From the NCBI RefSeq assembly GCF_036323395.1, contig NZ_AP028907.1, forward strand, positions 1,230,001 to 1,262,000: a DNA stretch of 32,000 bases. The letters are read 5' to 3'. Below, piece after piece: positions 18,554 through 25,548 of the stretch. The position numbers were made by a program, and so were the translations under genes. Numbering within the stretch: the stretch's first letter is position 1; each line of letters opens with the position of its first letter. Below the pieces are notes generated by a model. That model worked only from the letters and a program-made list of their open reading frames with translations. It had not been told where the DNA came from and ran no database searches. The DNA is from Pyrodictium abyssi. GTDB taxonomy: Archaea; Thermoproteota; Thermoprotei_A; Sulfolobales; Pyrodictiaceae.

Positions 18554-19909
18554 TCACCTCCTGCCCTCTGTGAACACCTTCTCGAGACGGGGTACGTCCA
18601 GGGGGAGGGGGTAGGCTCCGCCGAAGCATCCGAGGCAGAGGCGGCGGCCAACAGCCTCCTCTAGGTCCCTCAGGCCGAGGTACAGTATGCTGTCAACGCC
18701 CAGGGCCCTGGCGACCTCGTCTACGCTCCTACCGTGGGCTACTAGCTCGCCGCGGCTTGGCATGTCTACGCCGAGGAAGCAGGGCATGACCACGGGCGGC
18801 GAGGCGACGCGTAGATGCACCTCGCGGGCCCCTGAGCGGCGGAGGATGTGGGCTAGCCACCTGCTGGTGGCGCCGCGGACTACGCTGTCGTCGACGAGGA
18901 TTATTCTGCGGCCCCAGGTCGTCGAGCGTATCGGGTTGAACTTGCGCTTGAGCCTCCCGTTCCTCTCGCCTGGGGGCGCTATGAAGGCGCGGCCAGCGTA
19001 CCGGTTGCGGTATAGGACCTCGGTGTAGGGGAGTCCCCGCTCCATGGCGTAGCCTATGGCCGCGCTCCGGCCGCTATCCGGGACCGGCGCCACCAGGTCG
19101 GCCTCCACTGTGTCGCGGCGGGCGAGCCGCCGGCCCATCTCGAGCCTGGCCGCGTGGGCCTCGACGCCCTCGAAGACGCTGTCGGGCCTGAGGAAGTATA
19201 CGTACTCGAACGCGCATGGCCGGGGCTCGTGCCCGGGGGCTAGCCCGGTCTCGACGCAGTCCTTGGGGGAGCCGTTGCAGTGGAGCATCCTCCCCGCGCC
19301 TACCTCTCTCCAGGGGAGCCCCATCGAGTCTAGCGCGGCCGTCTCGCTGGCCACGGCGGCGTAGCCGTCGCCCACCGCGTAGGCGAGAGGCCTGACCCCG
19401 TAGGGGTCCCGGGCGGCTGCTAGCTCGCCGCGGGCCGTGACTGCTACGAGGCTGTAGGCCCCGCGTAGGAGGCGCGCTGCCTCCCTGAGGGCGTCGGCGA
19501 GGCTCCCCTGCTCCAGGTAGAGGGCCTCCACGAGGTCTGCTACGAGCTGGGCATCCCAGGTGTAGCGGCGGCCTAGCAGCTCCCGGCCCAGCTCCCGGTA
19601 GTTGACAATGTTCCCGTTATAGGCTATGTAGACTAGCTTCTTGCTGCCAGCCACCGGCTGGTAGTGCTCGCCGCCGTACCCGCCGCTCGTGCTGTACCTC
19701 ACATGCCCAATAGCAGCCCAGGCGCCGGAGGCGGCCGTGGGGAGGCGTATAGCCTCCTGCACGAGCCCGGGGCCGCCGACGAGCCTTACGCCGCCGCCGG
19801 CTAGGAACGCTATCCCCGCGGCCTCCTGGCCCCGGTGCTGGAGCTCCAAGAGCAGCTCGTAGACCGCCGAGGCCGCGTCCCTGCCCAGCCAAGCTGCTAC
19901 GCCGCACAC
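18554..19909 (-). CDS. purF: Amidophosphoribosyltransferase (glutamine PRPP amidotransferase)
   Basis: Ntn-type MCGVAAW N-terminus, LQHRGQEAAGIA, HVRYSTSG and YNGNIVNY. PRPP loop RRIILVDDSVVRGATS. Fe-S Cys positions RPCAFEYVYF, MPCFLGVDMP and CLGCF. Confidence 0.92.
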   Translation of the reverse strand: MCGVAAWLGRDAASAVYELLLELQHRGQEAAGIAFLAGGGVRLVGGPGLVQEAIRLPTAASGAWAAIGHVRYSTSGGYGGEHYQPVAGSKKLVYIAYNGNIVNYRELGRELLGRRYTWDAQLVADLVEALYLEQGSLADALREAARLLRGAYSLVAVTARGELAAARDPYGVRPLAYAVGDGYAAVASETAALDSMGLPWREVGAGRMLHCNGSPKDCVETGLAPGHEPRPCAFEYVYFLRPDSVFEGVEAHAARLEMGRRLARRDTVEADLVAPVPDSGRSAAIGYAMERGLPYTEVLYRNRYAGRAFIAPPGERNGRLKRKFNPIRSTTWGRRIILVDDSVVRGATSRWLAHILRRSGAREVHLRVASPPVVMPCFLGVDMPSRGELVAHGRSVDEVARALGVDSILYLGLRDLEEAVGRRLCLGCFGGAYPLPLDVPRLEKVFTEGRR

Positions 19910-19919
19910 GGTGCCAGCT

Positions 19920-22103
19920 TCACCCCTCTCTCACCAGCTTCTCCAGAGTAGTGGCGTAGGCCTCCGAGAGCCCGTCCAGGGGGACCCTGGCCAGGGTTCT
20001 CCTGCCCGAGGCCAGCTCCACGTAGCTGCCGCCTGGCTCGCCTACGACGCGGGCCCACACGCCTGCCTCCTCTGCGCGGCGCAGAACCTCGCCAACGCTG
20101 TCGCGGGGCACCTCGAGGATGTAGCGGCCCGGTGTCTCCGAGAACCCCGCCTCGAGCGGGCTCCGGCACGCTGGGCAGAGGGCAGCGAGGTCGAGCCTTG
20201 CGCCGACGCCACCCGCCACGGCCATCCGGGCCACGGCTGCCGCTGCGCCGCCCAGCCCGACGGAGTGCGACGCGAGCACAAGCTCGTCCTCGATGAGCCT
20301 CCTCACCAGCTTGGCGGCTGCTGCCTCCTCCCTTGGCCGGGGCTCGGGCGGGAGCCCCGCTGGCTCGCCTAGGAGGAGCTCGGCCGCCTCGCTAGCGCCT
20401 AGCTCTGGCCGCGTCTCCCCCACAGCTACGAGTAGACCTTCCCCGGTCAGGGCTAGGCCCGTTGCCCGGGTGACGTCGCTTATCCTGCCGACGACGAGCA
20501 CTGAGGCAACCGGGTCGACCATATGGCCGTGCTCGTCCTCGTTGTAGAGGCTCACGTTGCCCCCGATGAAGGGTATGCCGAGGCCGCGGGCCATCCAGGC
20601 TAGGCCCTCTACTATGCGCTTGAAGTACCAGAACTGCCGCGGCTTCTCCGGGTTACCAGCGTTAATGTTGTCGAGCGCTGCCAGGGGCTCACCGCCCACA
20701 GCTGCTACGTGCCGGTAGGCCTCGGCTAGGCTGAGCGCAGCGCCCCGGAACGGGTCCTGCCGGGTGTAGCGCGGGTTCCCGGCGAGCGCTGCCACCACTC
20801 CGCGGCTCGTACCGTCGCGGAGCCATAGCACAGCCGCGTCGGCATAGCCCGGCGGCGCGGCTGTGCGGCCCTGGACGCCCCAGTCGTACTGCTCGTAGAC
20901 CCAGGCCTTCCCCGCCACCCGGGGCGAGGAGACCACGCGCTCTAGCAGCCAGCCCAGCTCCTCCTCGGCTAGGCTGAGGCCCGGCAGCTCACGGGGGGCC
21001 GGCGGGGGCTCCGCCTTCCTCTCCACGGGCGGCGCCGACGCGGCGAGCCCGACGGGGAGGTCTACCACTACTCTGCCTCGGTAGACGGCGCGGAGCCTCC
21101 CCGTGTCGTCGAAGTAGCCTATGACGCTCGCCTCGACACCGTAGCGGTCTAGCAGCCGGAGCAGCTCGCCCAGCTTACCCCTCTGCGGCACCAGTAGCAT
21201 GCGCTCCTGGCTCTCGGAGACCAGTATCTCCGCCGGCTCCATGTCTGGCTCGCGGAGGTGGACACGGTCGAGGTGCACCACGGCGCCGACGCCGCTGGAT
21301 GCAGCGGTCTCGGAGACCGCCGTGGCTAGGCCCCCGCCTCCTAGGTCCTTCACGTGGCGGAGTAGCTTCCTCTCGAAGGCCTCCGTGAGTGCGTCTATTA
21401 GCAGCTTCTCGAGGAACGGGTTCCCGACCTGGACGGCCGCTATGTCCTCCTCGCGGCTGCCCAGGGGGCGGCTAGCAAAGCTGCTCCCGAGCATACCGTC
21501 CCTACCGGTGGAGTTGCCCGCGAGGACCATCACGTCCCCGGGCTCTACGCGGCCTGGGAGCAGGTCCCCGGGCCGCGTGACCCCTATGCACGCCACGTTG
21601 ACCAGGGGCTGTCTCTCGTAGCTAGCGTGGAACCATGTCTCGCCCGCCACCGTGGGGACTCCTATCCTGTTCCCGTAGTCGCTTATACCCCGCACTATGC
21701 CCTTGGCGAGCCACCGGGAGACTGGTGTGCGGAGGCTCCCCAGGTAGAGGGCGTCGAGCAGCGCTATCGGCTGGGCGCCTAGGCTCAGCACGTCGCGGAC
21801 AATACCCCCTACCCCGGTCGCAGCCCCGTTGTAGGGGTCCACAGCCGAGGGATGGTTGTGGCTCTCTATACGGGCGACCACCGCCACGTCGTCGAACAGC
21901 TTTACCGCGCCCGCGTCGCGGCCAGGGCCCACGAGCACCCATGGCGCCTCAGTGGGCAGCATTCTTAGGAGCCGCCGGGTGCTCTTGTAGCTGCAGTGCT
22001 CGCTCCACGTGGCCTCGAAGAGGGCCAGCTCTTCCCGTGTCGGCTCGCGGCCTAGCCGGCGGCGTATCTCGCTCAGCTCGCTCTCGGAGAGCGGCATCAC
22101 CAT
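19920..22103 (-). CDS. purL: Phosphoribosylformylglycinamidine synthase subunit II
   Basis: 727 aa. EATWSEHCSYKST, ESHNHPSAVDPYNGAATGVGG and duplicated PurM-like domains. Overlaps the purQ stop by 7 nt. Confidence 0.95.
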   Translation of the reverse strand: MVMPLSESELSEIRRRLGREPTREELALFEATWSEHCSYKSTRRLLRMLPTEAPWVLVGPGRDAGAVKLFDDVAVVARIESHNHPSAVDPYNGAATGVGGIVRDVLSLGAQPIALLDALYLGSLRTPVSRWLAKGIVRGISDYGNRIGVPTVAGETWFHASYERQPLVNVACIGVTRPGDLLPGRVEPGDVMVLAGNSTGRDGMLGSSFASRPLGSREEDIAAVQVGNPFLEKLLIDALTEAFERKLLRHVKDLGGGGLATAVSETAASSGVGAVVHLDRVHLREPDMEPAEILVSESQERMLLVPQRGKLGELLRLLDRYGVEASVIGYFDDTGRLRAVYRGRVVVDLPVGLAASAPPVERKAEPPPAPRELPGLSLAEEELGWLLERVVSSPRVAGKAWVYEQYDWGVQGRTAAPPGYADAAVLWLRDGTSRGVVAALAGNPRYTRQDPFRGAALSLAEAYRHVAAVGGEPLAALDNINAGNPEKPRQFWYFKRIVEGLAWMARGLGIPFIGGNVSLYNEDEHGHMVDPVASVLVVGRISDVTRATGLALTGEGLLVAVGETRPELGASEAAELLLGEPAGLPPEPRPREEAAAAKLVRRLIEDELVLASHSVGLGGAAAAVARMAVAGGVGARLDLAALCPACRSPLEAGFSETPGRYILEVPRDSVGEVLRRAEEAGVWARVVGEPGGSYVELASGRRTLARVPLDGLSEAYATTLEKLVREG

Positions 22104-22774
22104 CCCCTGCGCAGCGCTTCGCCTATCGACGTGAAGAACGGGTGGCCCCCGGGCCTGCGGCCGCGGGGGACCTGGAGTGGGCTCGCCGCTCGCTCCGGGT
22201 GCGGCATTAGGCCGAGAACGGCTCCGTCCTCGGAGGCCAGGCCGGCGACGTCTGCGACGCTGCCGTTAGGGTTCTCGAGGTACTCTAGCCAGGGCCTGGA
22301 CCGGAGTAGCTCCCCGGGCGCGGGGTGGTAGAAGCGCCCCTCAGCATGGGCCACCGGCATGTCTAGCACAGCGCCGGGCTCCACGTGGAGTAGCCAGGGG
22401 CCGCGCGGGCTGTGCACCCGGACCCGGAGCCACCTGGCCACGAAGCGGCCGCCCTCGTTGGGTAGGAGGGCGCCGGGGAGTACGCCCGCCTCCACGAGGA
22501 CCTGGAACCCGTTGCATATCCCGAGGATAGGGGCGCCGTTCTCGGCCGCCTCGCGGAGCTGCCTGGCCGCGGGGCTCCAGGAGGCTAGGAGCCCAGCGCG
22601 CCCGTAGTCCCCGTAGCTGAAGCCTCCCGGCACAACTGTAGCGTCCCAGTCCCTCCAGCGGTACTCGGTGTGCCACACTACGCGCGCCTCTACGCCGGCC
22701 ACCTCGCGCAGCATGTAGGCTGTCTCCTGGTCGCAGTTAGTGCCGGGGAACCGGAGCACAGCGACTCTAGGCAA
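22097..22774 (-). CDS. purQ: Phosphoribosylformylglycinamidine synthase subunit I (glutaminase)
   Basis: VAVLRFPGTNCDQE, catalytic Cys in GICNGFQVL, and MPHPER. Confidence 0.95.
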   Translation of the reverse strand: MPRVAVLRFPGTNCDQETAYMLREVAGVEARVVWHTEYRWRDWDATVVPGGFSYGDYGRAGLLASWSPAARQLREAAENGAPILGICNGFQVLVEAGVLPGALLPNEGGRFVARWLRVRVHSPRGPWLLHVEPGAVLDMPVAHAEGRFYHPAPGELLRSRPWLEYLENPNGSVADVAGLASEDGAVLGLMPHPERAASPLQVPRGRRPGGHPFFTSIGEALRRGW

Positions 22775-23030
22775 GAGTGATCACCAGGAGCGTGTGGACC
22801 GCGGGGTTGAAGAGCCGGGTCTCGCGGGCCATTTCCTCTACGAGCCTCTCCGCCTCCTCCCTCGACTCAGCCTCGACCTCTACTATGAACGCCTTCCCGG
22901 CGCGGATCCCCTGGACCCAGGTGTAGCCTAGCCTTCTCAGCTCGTCTGCCAGCGTCTCGCCCTCAGGGTCCCGGGCCGACGGCTTGTAGGCTACTATTGC
23001 CAGCACACGGTGCCGGGTCAACCGGTGCAC
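22767..23030 (-). CDS. purS: Phosphoribosylformylglycinamidine synthase subunit PurS
   Basis: 87 aa, with DPEGETLADELRRLGY...IRAGKAFIVEVEA matching the PurS pattern. It sits between purC and purQ with 13-nt and 8-nt overlaps. Confidence 0.85.
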   Translation of the reverse strand: MHRLTRHRVLAIVAYKPSARDPEGETLADELRRLGYTWVQGIRAGKAFIVEVEAESREEAERLVEEMARETRLFNPAVHTLLVITLA

Positions 23031-23746
23031 CTCCTCTCGGGCTCGCCGGCTAGACGGGCTAGCTCCCTGTAGGCCTCCAGCAGGGCCTCGACGCCGCCAC
23101 CGCGCCTGTAGACCTCCTTGTCCAGGTGCCTACCCCCGCTGTCAACCAGCCTCATCGTGTCGCCTGTGACCTCGTCGACCACCACGAAGCCCGTGGCAGA
23201 CCGAGCCACCTCGATCTTAAGGTCTACTAGCCGGAGGCCCCGCCGGCGCCAGAACATCTCGAGGACGCTGCTTACCCGGAGGGCTAGGCTCTGGATGTCC
23301 CAGAGCTCCCGCCACGATAGGAGCCCGGCCTCGACAGCGTCCTCGGGGAGAACGAGCGGGTCGCCCCTCGCGTCGTCCTTGAGGTGCAGCTCCACCAGGG
23401 GCCGGAAGAGCCTCTCCATGGGCTTTAGGAGCGGCATCCTGCGAAGGAGCGAGCCATAGGCATAGTTCCTCACTATCACCTCGAGGGGGATGACCTCGTG
23501 CCTCCTAGCGAGGAGCCTGGAGCCGCCCATGTAGCACACATAGTGTGTCGGCACACCGTGCTCCTCTAGCAGCTCGAACATCCGGGCAGAGAGCCTGGCT
23601 GCTAGCTCGCCTTTGCCCGGCGCCGTGTCGCGGCGCTTGCCGTCGAACGCTGTGACCTCGTCCTTGAACTCGAGTACCACCAGGCCATTGCCCGCGTCGA
23701 GGACCCGCTTCGCCTTGCCCTCGTAGAGTAGCTCACCCGTGCGCAG
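23018..23746 (-). CDS. purC: SAICAR synthetase; the 5' end is uncertain because there is no canonical start codon
   Basis: The track ORF starts at GTG 23680 (MVLEFKDEVTAFDGKRRD). The same frame is open upstream and encodes the conserved PurC N-terminus LRTGELLYEGKAKRVLDAGNGL. The only start-like codon there is CTG at 23746, which would give a canonical length of 242 aa. Confidence 0.85.
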   Translation of the reverse strand: MRTGELLYEGKAKRVLDAGNGLVVLEFKDEVTAFDGKRRDTAPGKGELAARLSARMFELLEEHGVPTHYVCYMGGSRLLARRHEVIPLEVIVRNYAYGSLLRRMPLLKPMERLFRPLVELHLKDDARGDPLVLPEDAVEAGLLSWRELWDIQSLALRVSSVLEMFWRRRGLRLVDLKIEVARSATGFVVVDEVTGDTMRLVDSGGRHLDKEVYRRGGGVEALLEAYRELARLAGEPERRCTG

Positions 23747-23788
23747 CCCGGACCCCCGGGGTCCCGGAACTTGCCTGAGTAACTGGTC

Positions 23789-23798
23789 TAAAAATATT
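23789..23798 (-). promoter_or_regulatory. TATA-like element (minus strand AATATTTTTA) upstream of the pur operon
   Basis: This is the only AT-rich box between the upstream stop and purC. It lies about 45 nt upstream of CTG 23746. A 15-nt palindrome GGACCCC-C-GGGGTCC (23750-23764) lies between it and the putative start. Confidence 0.3.
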
Positions 23799-24149
23799 CC
23801 AGGATGTAGGACCCCGTAGCTCTTACTTAGCTAAGTGAATAAGCAAGCTACTCGGCCTAGTTACATGAACTACACGCGCGAATATCCTTGCAGATACAGA
23901 TGTGCACGGACTGCGTGCGAATACCATATAGTACGCTAGGCCGTGGTCCCCGGGCAAACGAGTGTAGAGTATCCTACAAGCGAGTGTTAATGATCGCTCG
24001 GCTATAGCCAATATAGTAGGCCCCTTTACTCGGTTTTAGCAGCGGTATTTGGACCGAACCGTGTAATTCACGCCCGAAGACCATAGGAATTGTATTAGAT
24101 GCCGATGTTAAAGGAGATCCCAATGGCGCCGTATCTCTGAATCCTGAAG

Positions 24150-24630
24150 GAGAATCTAGAGCTACCCGTCGGCTTCGTCTGGGTGCTGGCCAGCGCCTTC
24201 CCAGTATTCTTCATGCAGGCTTCGCCATGGTAGGAGCCGTTCACCAGGCTAAAGAACACGATAAGCGCGTTGCTTAAGAACCCATCATGCTTCACTGTGG
24301 CTGGCATGGGCTTGTCCGCCTAGTCGGCTACACATCCACGATGGACAGTGACTGGGAAGGCGTCGTTTGACCGGCTGCTTTGCGCTAATAGGAGGCAACT
24401 ATGGTGCTAGAGAGATGCTCTTATGGTTCTTCTATGCGAGTGTCTGCAGGAGCAGCTGCAACTATCGTCTCTGGCGCCATAGCCTAGAAGACGAAACTCA
24501 CAAGCTATCTGCTAGACAGCGTAACGATGACTGCTTTTCATCTAGCCGGTACATGGCCACCGGACACCGGATATGGGGGGTGACTGGGCTACCCCTAGGG
24601 AAGGCTCACCAGAGGCTGTCTGGCTAGGAG
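24150..24630 (+). pseudogene. amt: Ammonium transporter (Amt/MEP) remnant: N-terminal third only, with multiple frameshifts and stops
   Basis: Hand translation across the three plus frames gives Amt signature blocks. These are VWVLASAFPVFFMQA-GFAMV-FTRLKNTISALLKN and, further on, AGAAATIVSGAIA(stop)KTKLTSYLL...PVHGH, which compare with Amt MQAGFAMxEAGxxRxKN and ATIVSGAxAER. The track ORFs 24095..24307(-) and 24367..24627(+) are fragments or shadows of this remnant. Confidence 0.6.
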
Positions 24631-24639
24631 GCCCTTTGC

Positions 24640-25076
24640 CTATTCTGTGTCCGCCCTAGCGCCTTGCAGCCATGCGCTGGTGCCTACTGCTATGTCTCTC
24701 GCCTTTGCCAGTATTTCTTTGTCGCTTGTCAATAGCTTCGCCCCGTGTAGCCTCGCGTAGTAGACGTATGCCGCGTCGTAGGCTGTTAGGCCTAGCTGCT
24801 CTGCTAGCTTGCTAATCGCCTCCAGGTCTTCTGGCTTGATGCGCAATACCGCCAGGTGCCCGGCGAGCCTGGATACAGCAGCGGCTAGCCGGTGGGGCTC
24901 CTGTACGAGCCCTCTACGCGCCTCTATGACGGCGGCGTTGGCTGCCTCGTACAACGTTAGGTCGAGTACCGCTGCCTCTTCCTCGAGCAGCTTCTCGGCG
25001 ACCATGCATCGCTCACAGCGTCGCGGTACAGCAGCTTAGCGAGAGGATACAGGGCGGATGCATCGAGTATTATCAA
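24640..25076 (-). pseudogene. vapC: PIN-domain VapC-type toxin with one frameshift
   Basis: N-terminus (TTG)IILDASALYPLAKLLY is in the frame of ORF 24957..25310. The rest, AEKLLEEEAAVLDLTLYEAANAAV...GLTAYDAAYVYYARLHGAKLLTSDKEI, is in ORF 24640..25005. The break lies near 25005-25040. The TTG start overlaps the corrected vapB stop as TTGA (25073-25076). Confidence 0.75.
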
Positions 25077-25310
25077 GCCGTGGCCCTCCCTCGGCGGGAA
25101 GCTTTGACCGCCTCTACCCAGTCTTCCACGGTGAGATCCCCGCCAGCAGCGGCTAGTTCTCTCAGCGCTTCTGCTATCCTCTTCTTCCTCTCCTCTATGA
25201 CATGCGCGGCGTAGGGACTCCTCTACGACGCGGCGGATATCTATGCCTAGGCGCTCGGCCTCCTCCTTGAGCTTGCGGGGTACGCGGACAGAGACCACCA
25301 CGGTGGACAA
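25073..25310 (-). pseudogene. vapB: Ribbon-helix-helix VapB-type antitoxin with one frameshift
   Basis: TTG start. MSTVVVSVRVPRKLKEEAERLGIDIRRVVEESLRRA is a typical RHH strand plus helices. After about 25203 the plausible continuation VIEERKKRIAEALRELAAAGGDLTVEDWVEAVKASRRGRATA(stop 25073-25075) is in another frame. The span is 3n+1 nt. Confidence 0.65.
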
Positions 25311-25320
25311 CAGCCACGCC

Positions 25321-25343
25321 TGTCTACATGGAGGTAGTAGACA
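25321..25343. promoter_or_regulatory. Inverted repeat TGTCTAC-N9-GTAGACA, with a third GTCTAC at 25355-25360: candidate VapB operator
   Basis: Read directly from the sequence. It begins 11 nt upstream of the vapB TTG start, in the 238-nt divergent intergenic region shared with the 593-aa membrane protein gene. Confidence 0.25.
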
Positions 25344-25548
25344 CTGTACTTAAGGTCTACGTTGAGTACGCGGAGGCGTCCCGTAGCCCGTATACCGCGT
25401 GGCCTGTGGGGCGGCCACAGCCCTGGGGCCGAGGGATGCAGTTCCGCCCTGGAGCGTGCTTGGAGAGGGATGTGGGGCTGTGGTGGGACTCTTTCGCGCA
25501 TAGCATGGGTAAGCGTATATAGGGCCGTGGTGGTATATGTCCTAGGAC

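Noticed and set aside
24095-24627. Track ORFs 24095..24307(-) and 24367..24627(+) as independent small genes
   Set aside because: The plus-strand ORF is one frame of the Amt remnant, and the minus-strand ORF is antisense to it. Neither has features of its own.
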